Positions 43,901-55,900 of a stretch of 64,000 nucleotides of DNA are shown piece after piece. Origin of the DNA: Eutreptiella sp. 'Long Island Sound 2002' (Eukaryota > Protista > Euglenida); assembly GCA_964036045.1 (NCBI GenBank), contig OZ038379.1:9796001-9860000 (forward strand), written 5' to 3'. Under the pieces are notes generated by a model. That model did no database searches and was not told where the DNA came from. It saw nothing but the letters and a program-made list of their open reading frames with translations. The stretch's first letter is position 1, and each line of letters begins with the position of its first letter. Both the position numbers and the translations under genes were made by a program.

Positions 43901-46900
43901 GTGCCTCATGTGCCGTGCATACAAAGCAGACACACTGCGTGCCACAGCTCTGCAGACACCCCCTAGACACCACAACTCTGTGCTGGACCACATGGCAGAT
44001 GGGGCAGGCCCCTGCCTAGTGCTGGGCACACTGTGTACAAGTACAAGTACTCCACGCAACCACTCTCTCGTGTTGTACTGTACTGTACTGTACTGTACTG
44101 TACTGTACTGTACTGTACTGTACTGTACTGTACTGTACTGTACTGTACTGTACTGTACTGTACTGTACTGTACTGTACTGTACTGTACTGTACTGTACTG
44201 TACTGTACTGTACTGTACTGTACTGTACTGTACTGTACTGTACTGTACTGTACTGTACTGTACTGTACTGTACTGTACTGTACTGTACTGTACTGTACTG
44301 TACTGTACCTGTACTGTACTGTACCTGTACTGTACTGTACCTGTACTGTACCTGTACCTGTACTGTACTGTAGTGTGTTGTGTTGTATTGTGGTGTGGTG
44401 TGTTGTATTGTGTTCTGTCGTATCGTGTCGTTTCGTGTCGTGTCGTGTCGCGTCGTGTCGTGTCGTGTCGTTTCGTGTCGTGTCGTGTCGTGTTGTATTG
44501 CATTGCATTGCATTGCATTGCATTGCATTGCATTGTATTGTATTGTATTGTATTGTATTGTATTGTATTGTATTGTATTGTATTGTATTGTATTGTATTG
44601 TATTGTATTGTATTGTATTGTATTGTATTGTACTGTATTGTATTTTAGTGTTGCAGCCCCTGAAAATGTTGGAAGGGGGTTCCGGCCCTGGAGCTCGATT
44701 AACGGGGCCCATTGTCTGCACCGCCCTCGAACAAGTGCGTTATACCGGAAATGTCAGGCCGTCCATTTGTCTGGACTTTTATGTTTGAGCCCCTCCCCCT
44801 TTTGCCGGACAGCACTATTCTCACCGCTTGTCACTCAGTTCTTTCACCAGCCGCACTGGGTTCCCCACAGCCCACGCAGGTTTGTGTTCTCGTTGCAGAC
44901 CATCCAAACGCCGATGGGCCTCCAGACGTTCTTGGTAAGGGCCAGCAACGCTCGGTCTGGGCCCGAAAGCTTTTACCGCATGACCATCAATCTGGAGCGG
45001 AAACTGCTGCTGAAGGCCCCGGCAGGTCTCATGAGGGCAGTGGCGGCGGGGGGGGCGACGGGCGCTGACTGGGGGGTGCTGGTGTGGGAAACCGAAGAGC
45101 ACTTGAGGTTGTTAGCATCCCCTGCAGCAGCAACGCGGAGCAGAGGTACCACCGGAAGCGTTGCAGAGTCAAACCAGCAGTAGCGTCCGGCCAGCGGAAC
45201 AGGATGCTGTTGCTGAGAGAGAGCCCAAAGGGGGAATGGTGGTGTCCTGGAGGGACCCCGGAGGGGAGCGGGGTGTTGCCAGAAAGGCTTCTTAGTGGCG
45301 CCTTGAGCACAGCGCGAAGTGCAACTATTTGGCCATTTTGGAAGGCCAAGCACCCGATGTGCGATGTCGCGTAAGGGGTGCCCATGATGTGTCGTTTGTC
45401 ATCCATTTTGCATGTTATCTTGGCCTGAGGGAAGATAGGAAACAATATTGCAGTACATTTGGGCCGCTTGGGGTCTTGTCTTGGGGGGGGAGGGGGCAGG
45501 CGAGGTCGGGAGCTTCTTCAGGCACTATGTCCAAAAGGTAGCGCGCAGTGCAAGGATGGCTCCGAAGTGTGCCGGTGGAGGGGGGAAGGGGGGGGCAGCC
45601 GGGCCCAGTCGATTTTCACTTTTACAACTTATTGTAGTTTCTTGTAATAAATGTCTAATCCTTTGAAACCAATTTCTTTTTGATAAATGAAAGCCTCACT
45701 TTTCCAAAACAGACCATTTTGTGAACAGTATTTAGCATTGCCAACCAAACCATTTTCACGCTCCCAATCCAACCAAGCCCGGCCCTGTCGGTTCGTTGCT
45801 GCATCGTGCGATATTGTTGGGTGGGGCGTGACGGAACATTTCAGTTGCATTCAGGACGGCCCTGGCGACAGCTTCCCCAGGGTATCGGGCCCCAACTCCT
45901 GCCCCCTTGTTGTCCTGGGTTGTTGCGGGCTCCAGCCGCCAGTCGTGACGTGCAGCTAACCCCCGAAGGGGCCAGGACCACGGACCAAGGGCATCGGGCC
46001 ACAGACCCCGACCGCACGATGGCGGTTGGTGGTTGGTGGCGGTTGGCGGTTGGCGGTTGGTCGCCGCTGGCGGTTGGCGGTTGGCGGTTGGTGGCGGTTG
46101 GTGGTTGGCGGTTGGTGGTCCCTCAGGGTGGTCCTTAAGAGCGGTCCTTAACAAAAAAAATCTAGTTTCTGAAGGAACCCCCTGGAGCAGCTCAGCAATG
46201 GCCATCATGTCAACCAGCAGACTGACCAGACATTAACCGCCACCAACCGCCAACCACCAACCGCCAGCGGCGACCAACCGCCAACCGCCAACCGCCACCA
46301 ACTACCAACCGCCATTAACCGCCACCAACCGCCAACCGCCAACCACCAATCGTCACCAACCGCCAACCGCCAATCGCCGCCAACCATGGTGGAACATATG
46401 AGCTACACGCGGTCTTTTTGCAAAACTGCCGTTTCGGAACACTTTTCTTTCCCGTCAAGGACCCTTCTAAGATGCCCACTCTATCTGCGATGCACGCCGG
46501 CCCAAAGTGCGTTCGAAGTTTGCCCCCCATATCACCTACCTCTTGCGCGGTACCGTGGGGAATGTAAGGCTGGAGAGGGCGGACAAAGGGGGATGCGAGC
46601 ATGCTTGCAGGCAGGCAAGGTGCACCTGCATTGTTGGGGAGTAGAGTTCGGGGGGGGTTTCTGGCACTGCACTGTGGGATTTGGACGTGGTGTACGACAG
46701 CAACACTGAAAGAGGGAGGGAACACTGGAGGACACGAAGGGAAATCCTGCTCCTTCGCTTCCATGGCAAACTAGCGGTCTGGTGTACTCATTGGCTTTTT
46801 CAATTTGCCCCTGCATAGGGATGTCAAGTAAATCTGGCCGCTGCCCTGCTCGCACAAGTCGTTCAGCTTTAAAAACATTCATCTGAGCCATCAAGGACAC

Positions 46901-49900
46901 TGAGAATAGTCCCCTCCACATAAGTGTGTTTGGCACGACAATTCACCGAGCTGCCTACCCAGTGGGCTCGGGCGATGCCCACGCCGTGGGGTGTGGTTGT
47001 AACCTGGGGAGGTCAATGACGGGGACGGACGGTTCATGACGCTCCCCCTGGTGTCCTACCGGAGGCACATTGGTTCGTGCTTGCTCATTTTGGGTGGCAG
47101 GGTGTGAGGGCAGGAGCGAGGGAAGCAGGCGGGGGGTGGGGAGTGCGAGGGCTGAGGAGGGAGCAAGGGGTGCAAGGAGGGCGAAGGATGCCGGACGGGG
47201 GTTGGGCAGCGAGGGGGAGGAGGGGAGGATTTCCCAAGCGATGCGGACCCAGCCCCTGTCTGGTCCGGCAAACGGAGGCAATGGGGTCTCTCGGTGGCCA
47301 GAAACGTGCTCATGTTCTTTGGCTGAAAAACTGAGCATTCACGACAAGCCCCAGCGCCTCCCGCAGGCGCCTCCCGTATGTGCCGTTCCTTGTTCACGAT
47401 GATCGGACAATGAAATGCATGAAAGTGGATGTTCGAGCAGCCCTGTTTGACGCCACGGGGTCCATTGAGGTCGTGTGCCTCCATCCGCGGGCCATTGGCT
47501 CGTCCCGCCTCCCGCACGTGTCTGCCCGCCCCAAACGCATCGTGGAAGCCCCGCTCCCGCCGTCCTGTCACACAGAGAACCGCGTGACGCACACCTCCCA
47601 CGTGCGGGCGTACTTCATGGACCTGCCCTGCAGACCTTCGGGGTACCTGCCGCTGTGCGGGCCCGTGTACATGGCCGTGCGCTCCTGCCCTCCGATGCCG
47701 CCCAGTCATTTCCCCCAGGGCGCCGCCTACCGCGCCCTCGACGACTTGGGCGGCCGGTTCATCAACGGTACGGTGCGCGCCCTTGACCGCTGTGCAGCCG
47801 CTGCAGATTTGGGCGGTGGTCGGGGGTGTTCTTTCGGAGGCGTTCCTGTCTTTCTTTTGTTTGTTTGCGGACCCTGACCGCCCGGCCGTACCCCTCCACC
47901 GCTTGTGCACCGTACGGCCAGCCCCCGTCGTCTAACTGCCAACCGCCGTGGAGTGGCAGCCAGTCCAGAGACCACAAGAAGCGGACGCAGTTTTGTTTGC
48001 TTGCCCCCCCCCCCCCCCGCCCCGCCGTATTCAGTAGGACACAACTTGGAGTCAACGTCGAGTGTCGGTTGGATTTAGCCGTGTGGATGGCAGAATTCCT
48101 CGGTTAGTTTTGCGCTGTTACTGCCCTGCCGCACCTGCTGCGCTGCACTCGCGTCCGGCACTGTTACATACTGGCAGCCGCTGATACGCTCCTGGGTCCG
48201 TGTAATATATGTTCCCTTCTTTTTTTTTTTTGGCCGCAGACATCTTCAAGTGTGTGCACAGTGTGACCCTTGCAAGCGAATCTCTACGGGTGGCATGGTG
48301 GCAGAACGGTGACATAGTCCTGCCTGGGTCTCGGAAATCGGTACGCGGTGTCTCCATAGTTCGGGACTGTGCCATCAGCTGTTGGATTGGCTTGCCTGAA
48401 TGTGGGTGGGCCTCCGAGTGGCGATTGCAGAGAGTGTTTTGGAACAACAAGGGGGGTTGGTCTCTGGACATACATGGCGTCGTCACTCACAGCAGCGCAA
48501 TGCACCATCACCCTTTGACTTGCTTTGACATGAGGTGATAGTTTGGGTAGATTTCCTTCCCGGTGGCAGGACTGTCTCTGAATCGTCATGTTGCCCCTCC
48601 CTTCTGGAATTCGCGAGTGCGGCTTTGACACTTGCGGTTCCAGGAAAGTGCGCCGCCGGTCGCAGGCGCGACCAGCACCAAAACGGCGCGACCAGCAACA
48701 GGGCACGGCGACCAACAAGCACACCGCGCCGCCCACGCCACAGCAACACAACCAGCACCACAACACCACAACCGACACCAAAGCAACACACCAAGCACCC
48801 TACCAGCACACGCCCCAGCGCCACCAACGCAACCAGCGCCAACACACAGGCGCCGAGTATTAAGCAGCAGCCAGCGACAGCACGCAGCAGCACGCAGCGG
48901 TGGCCGGCAACGACAAACAGCAAGGGGCAGCACGCGGTGGTAAGCAGCAGCAAGCAGCAGCCAACGCCAGGCAGCAGGGAGGGGGCAACACAAGGCAACT
49001 GCAATCGCCACAATCACCACCGTGCGCATGTCATGCAGCCGTTACTCCATCTGATCGCCGGCGCGCGTCATCAAATTGGGCCTTGTTTGGACACAGTTTT
49101 CAGCACCGGACGGCGACCTACTTGCTCAATTTTTTGTAGAGGGGCCCCTGCAACCTGCAGGCGTTTGATGCTGAGCGGTGCAGCGTTTGGGCCTGGTCAC
49201 TGTCCATCAGGGAGGAGGGGCGGGGGAGGGAGTGCTGGTGGCACCGGGATCAATTGGTTCAGTGTTTTGGCCACGGGGGGGGGGGGCTTACGTGTCGACC
49301 CCCCCTTCCCTCAGGAAGCCTCAAACCACACGGAACATTCTTTTTGGCCCTGTGGACCGCAGCACCGAATTCCTTCCCCCAGTCCCCCCCTATCTGCCCC
49401 CGTTCATGGTGAGCGGTCAAAAGGGTATGCTACGCCCCGACTTGTGTACATTCAAAATGCTCCAAATGAAACAGGGAATTCAAAAAGTCCCCGCAAAACA
49501 CGAAAAAATCGACCCTCCCCTCCCTCCTGTGGCGCCCCCTGCCCACGACGTGGGGGTTGGGGACCAGAACTGAACCCCCCCCCCCGCTGTGGTTTTGGCC
49601 TTTATGGTTCCACCCCCCCCCCCCGTCTTGGCGACCGCTGGAGGATAAAGCACAATTTTGTGGGTCAGAGTGAACTCTCTGGCCCACTGCTCACAATTGC
49701 AGCCCAAAGCCCCGATGGCATCCACTCCCCTGCCGGCGCCGATGGGCTTCACAGTCAATTATTCCCAGACCAAAAAATTGCTCTGACATGGCGCTGGACG
49801 CTAGTTGCACTGCACGTCACCTGACTGGCCTGGGCACGTGGATCAAAGGCTTGTCGGGGATGGTGTTCTGGAAGAGGGGCTCTCGCAACAGACTAGTTCT

Positions 49901-52900
49901 TGGTGCCAATGTGGCAGTCTGACAGCCGAGGGGCCGGGCCCCCGTCCGGGGCTGCCACCCCTCACCTCCGCCCCAAGCTCCAACAGATAGCGCCCAGCGG
50001 CCACTGACGGCACCGGAACATCTGTTTTTCCCGACGGCAGGGGTGCCCTGGATGTGATGGCAATACAGTGATCAATACCCCCGGGCTGCCCCTTTGCTTT
50101 TTCAACTTTTTGGTCCTCCTGTTTTGGGACCTTTAACCTTGAAATCCATCTCTTCTCTGGATGAAGCCTGGCAGACTCCTTTATTTACTGCAGCACTTTC
50201 TCCGGGCTCAGTGCCGTGCGGGAGTCTCAAGTTTCATCGGCAGTCCCCTGTTTTTGACTGGTTTCCACCCCGAAGGCCCGCAGGGAATTCAATGAAAGGG
50301 AGTATCCCCCCCCCTCCCTCCCTAGTGCCGGCCCTGTGCCAGGCCCCTCCCTTTGATGTACTCAACCTGAGGCCCTGAAGCCCTCACACGGGCGTATACT
50401 GTTGTATGGATATGTACTGTAGTGTATTGGTGTGCAGTGCTGCGTATGGGTGTGTGTTGTGGTGCATGGACCTGTCTTTCTGTGCCCAGGGGGGGGGGGT
50501 TATGGGTGTGTGCTGTGGTGTAGGGGGATACATTCTTGTACCGGAGGGGGGTTGATCAGGAACAGGGGAAATTCAGAATGGCAGAATTTTGCACAACAAA
50601 AGTGTGCCGAATTTGAACATGGTATTTTAAGGTCCGAGGCCATTTTTCTCGCACATTCCCATTGTGCCCGCGCCTCCAGAAGCCTCCAGAAAAAATAACA
50701 GCAAGCATCAAAAGGCCAAGAAAGAAGACAGAACAGCACCGAGCGTAAATTGCCAAGCGTGGGTAATAATTTATGCTAGGCCATTGACCCACTCAGGAGG
50801 CCTGTAGGGTCCAACATACATTACTAGAGGGGTGGGGTGAGGTCTAATACCTTCTGCTGGACCAGTAGGGGGTAAGCAGCCCGCAGCGGGCCCAACGCCA
50901 ACCCCCCACCAAGTCGGCGAGGGTCCCAACGAGTTGGCGAAATTCGGCGAAATTGCCAAAAACCAAAATTTTGGGTGCAGCACTGATTGAGGAGTGCCAT
51001 GCAAAATGGGATGATAACTACACCGCTAACACCGCATAATGGGCCTTATTTTGTGCCAACCACCAACAATTTGACCCCGCCCTCCAAGTCAGGTAAACCG
51101 CGCCCCGACTCATTGGCCGCCAGGTTTGCCGACTGGGGGTGGGGGGGGGTTGCAACGCCGTAGAAGGTGATGGTGATCTCCCATCACACCACAAAATGAC
51201 CTGATGGACACCTGGCAGCAACGGTGGGGCGACATTAGGGAACACCTTGGGCAGGAGCACCTCGGCGTCACCTGGACCCACCACTGCCTCCACCACCATC
51301 CAATGGGAATAACACGCAACATCCGCGGTCTATGCACCAAATTTCGCAGGGCTATTTAAGAATTGGTGCCAAATTTTCTTCCCACCAAATTTCGCCATTC
51401 CAAATGTCGCACGCTCCTCATGTCTGCCCTCCGGTATTTGGGCATGTAGGGCCCCATGTCCATGTGGCGTGGCCAGGAGGAGAGGTTTGTGACGTGGATA
51501 CCGTTTTGCAGGGAATCTCAGGGTCACTTTCATCGCCGTGCTGACCACGACGCTGACCGTGACGGAGCGTGAGGATCTGCTCAAGTTGATTGCCCAATTG
51601 AAGGATGTTGAAAACTCGGTGTGCCCCTCCACTGCAAGGCCCGCCACTGTGTGCCACATCGGCATCACCAGGGCGGTGGCACTGCTATTTCTGGGGCCCA
51701 CCGCCCAAGGTCCACGGCCACGTTACTCCCGCCGATTTGACTTGGCACCCCATCAGGCCAAGACCCCCGGGGCGGGGGGGGGGTTCTAAGTGTCTGGTTT
51801 TTTTTCGAAAGGTACCTGTGGTCTTCTCAGCCACTGACGAGCCACTTTTCTTCCTGTGCTTTGTGCTCATCGCCTTTTGTGCGCACGTGCAATCGCAGGG
51901 GGGGGGGGGGGGCTCAGAGGCCAGAAACAAGTTTGTGTACGTAAAATCGGCCTCGGATTTCGAGCCCCTTCAGTAGACTGCATTTTTCTCCTGAGGCAAT
52001 CTTTTGTGATGTGGTGGGGGGGGGGGGTCGGTTGGGGTTGGCGAATAAGGCCCCACATCCCCCACCCCCCCCTAATGCTTGTCTGTTGTACCAAGTGTAC
52101 AGAGATCTCTGCACCGTTCCTACGCTGTTCGGAACAGCGCTTACAAGACCGCTGCGGGGGGGGGGGGTTTGTCAACGCGGCTTTGTTTCCCGAAGCATTT
52201 GCTCGCTGCCATTTCCCTGCCTCAGCGATCGTGCCCCATGGCCACGGCCTGCCCCCATCCCGCTGCACTCCGCAGGTCAAGATGCTGCAGTTCGCGGCGG
52301 TGCCCGACGACCAGGCGGCCCCGCCGCGGCGCCCCAGCCCCAGCGCGCCCATCGCCCACGTGCCGCACATCGCGGTCCCTCACGACGCCAGCCCCGGTCC
52401 CCAGGCCCCCGGCAGCCCCGGCCCCAGCCCCGGCCCTGTCGCCGCCACTTCCGCTCAGAAGCAGAGCGACCCGGTCCCGGAGGAGGAGGCGGAGGCCGCG
52501 TCCCCGCTGCAGTCCCCCGCCCGCGCGAGCCCGTCCCCCCCCTCCTCCTCCGCCGGCTCCATCGACGGCGACCGGGCCCGGTCGCTGCCCCCGGCGCGCT
52601 CCCGCCCCTGCCTCGACCCAGAGGCGCTGGAGGGGGGCCCCGTCGCCGGGGTGCTCAAGACGCCAACCCGCACAAACTCCCTGTCGCTGTCGGTGTACCT
52701 GGACCGCATCAGCCCGACGACGCCCACCCCGTCCCAGCGCTGCCGGGCCTGGTCCCTCCCCGTGACCCCGCTGCTGATGCCGCCCTCGGACCTGCTTTCG
52801 CCCGCGTTGCTGTCCCCCATGACCCCGTCGCCGGTGGTGCACACCTCCCCTCTGCCCGGCGCCGCGCCCGCCGCCGGCTTCCGGTTCCCGCCCTCGCCCG

Positions 52901-55900
52901 ATCTTGGGGCTCCGCTCGGCGACGGGGACAGCGAGCCTCCCAAGACCGACGATCCGCCACCGCGCGCCCCAAGGGACCCGTTTTTGGAGCGGCTGGGCGC
53001 CTCGGGCTTTGTGGCACGGCGGTGTGCATTGTGGGAGGGCAGGGCAGGGCAGGAGGGAGGGAGGGAAAACAGACAAGATAGAGGAGAAAATATAGGGATA
53101 GAGACAGGGACGTTGGCATAGGACAGACAGACAAGAACTAAGGCAGGAGAGACAGGGATGTGGGGAGAAAGACAATTAAATCCTAAAACCTCACAACCCT
53201 CCCTGCCTCCCTGCCTCGCCCATTTCCCCGTCCACACCCAAGTTGTACAGTTGCTTCTCAACCAGCACGGCCAGGGGTAGTCGTCTCACTATTTCTTGCT
53301 GGCAAATGAGAAGAATTTTGGCCACTGCATGGTGCAAATAGAGGCATCATCATGGTCATGAATGCTGTCAAGTCTACAACGATGTCTGCCTCACGGCCTT
53401 CTTTGCGTGCAATGGACAACGGGATTATGTTGGGTACATGCCCGAGCACCGTGGGCGCGTGCGAGCGGGCTTCCCCAGAGCACGGCACGCAGTGTAATAT
53501 TCATACACGGGTCCCTTGGGACACCTGTGCGTTCCAATATGCAAAGAACCCATAGAACAAAGGATGATCGCTGAGGGACAAAACGGAGGGGCAGTGCCAC
53601 AATTTTAGAACAGAATTCTTTTGGCGTGTTTTCTTGTTGCAAAGGCCCTTCAACCTTTTTCAACATTTTGTTGGCAAAGTGCAGCCAGGCCTTGGCCTGA
53701 CATGACCAGTTGCACCAGAGCTGCCGGAACGGAAATTTTTTTCCTGTATTGGCCTACCTGCTTGGTGTTGAGGGGGCCTGCCCCCGCAACACCCTAATTT
53801 TTTGCCCCATTATATGATACCTTAGATGAGCAACGCGATGTGTTGATCATTTTGAGGTGCATATTCTGGAGCCCCCCCGTCCCTCGCCGCCGCCCCCCCC
53901 CTCTCTGTGTATGTCCCGGGCCCCTGTGGTGGGGGGGGGGGGGGTGAGGTAGGTGGTAACCCGTAAGTTCACCGTTTCATCCGATGTGCAGCGGCAGTGG
54001 GACGAGCGCTTATGCAGTTTATGCAGTTTTCAGCCACATTGCTATGTGGGCATTTTTGGCGACCTTAGTGACTCCCTGGTGCCTAGTCTCAAGGGGTGCA
54101 ACTGGGGATGTTGTGACAGTATCACATACTAGGATATAAAAGGGCATTTTGTGCAGCCTCTAGCTTTGCCCAAGGCCGTTCATGGCCCGTGTGGAAAGAC
54201 ATGACATGACCGCTTCCGCAGTACAACATGGTACAGTTGACGGGCGGGTACACCTGAAGAATTGAACACGTCAACAAGTGAATGAAATTAACGGAGGCAC
54301 AACCAATAAGTATTTAGACTCCTGTTTTGCAATGGCATGGGTGAATGGGTCAACGGCCTTCACCAAAAATGGCATTGCAAACATAGGAAACAAACAATTT
54401 CCAAAATGGGCGCTTCAAGAATAGCTGTTCAATAGCATATTAAGAGGTATGACATGCAAAGGCAAAGCGAGACAAGGTCTAGTCGGCCAAAGGATTAACA
54501 AGAGGAGGAGACCCCCCCCCTTGTGGTCACCATCGGTCCCATGTGTATGTTTGCTACGAACCCTTTCCTTTGTAAATAAATGTGACTAGATGCATCATGA
54601 AGCAAACACCCTTCACCCCACTGAACATGCGTCCCGCTGTCCTTAAAGCAGGACAGGAGTACAATGGATTCTGAACCTATCACAGACGAACCACCAACCG
54701 CGGATTCTGAGGTTACATCCAACCGCTGTACCGAGGGGGCAGAAGTCTTGGAAAAGTTCGCCTACCAAAGTTTTGTTTTGACGTGAGGTGGGTGACAAAT
54801 GCACTTTCTCCTGCAACGCATACGGTCCTCAGGGACACTTGGGTTGTTGTTGGGTGATCATTTGGTAACAATGGGAGTACGTGCAAACCCATAGGGAGCC
54901 ATGTAGCACCAACTAGGCCCTCTTAGTGGGGCTCATTGGCCCCCAAAGGCGGTGTTTTGGGCGTCGTTGCATTAGTGGGCAAAATTTGGTTGCCCTAGAG
55001 CTGCCACTGTGCATTGATGCAGACCCAGGCGCCATTCGACTGTTTTCTTCCACATGGACCCCCTAACCGATGACAGGGGTCTCAGATGCTGTCTTCAAGT
55101 TTTCCAGCCATCGGCCACTTGGGGGTTCATTGTTCGTGCAGATTTCCTGCGAGGTGAAGGCAATAGAATTTTTGCTCAAAAATCTCAAGTTTTTTTTATT
55201 TTTTGAATTTAATGCGACAAAATTTCTGTACCCTCCTTTGTATGGGCGGTGGGGGCTTTGGGCGCTCATGCAGTTTTCAGTCTGTTGCTCAGTGGCATTT
55301 GAAAACAGGTCATCACATAATGACAACATGGGTACTCTAGCACGAATGGGGACACACGTAGTGGCAGCTAGACCCATGTGGCTAGGGCCCTGGCCTCTGC
55401 GCAAACCGCCTCAGTTGCTGCTCTGTGGCACTTGGAACTTTATGAAATTCTGCTGCAGGGGTTGAGGGTCCTCCTCTTTGAGGTGTCTTGCCGAAGGCAA
55501 TAGAATGTCTTTCCATTGTCATTTGAGTGTGATGTTTTGCTGTGTGATGCAATGGTGGGTGCAGGGTTTTGTGCTTGCTCGCTTGCTGGCTGTGGGGCAG
55601 GGGATGCAGAATGTTTGATTTGACGGGGAGCGGCTGGCGAAGGGGCCGGGGGCATCGCTTGTGGGGCTGGAGGGCGTCTGTCTGTGCCTGCAGGATATTG
55701 GAGCACGAGCGCATTGCGCCCCAGGACAACTCCGAGGCCCGGGACGCACCATTCGACACGTGCCTGGGCCAGCCTCGCATCGCAGGGGCCCTTTCAGGTT
55801 CTTTCCTTTCAGCCCCACTGCCCCAGCCATGGCCACTGCCCCAGCCGTGAGCGCTGCTCCAGCCATGGACATTCTGGGTACCTCAGCCCCATGGTCCCGC

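Noticed and set aside
43782-44788. Long ORFs of YCTVL / STVQY repeats
   Set aside because: Translations of the pentamer microsatellite; only 44899-45025 is exon-like.
47643-47718. Possible small intron within exon 47576-47767
   Set aside because: Donor and acceptor phases do not match, and the unspliced sequence aligns with the kinesin HIPY...LGG region.
51867-53261. Multiple overlapping Arg/Gly/Pro-rich ORFs on both strands (similarly 56632..57803)
   Set aside because: Off-frame readings of GC-rich exons of the host gene.
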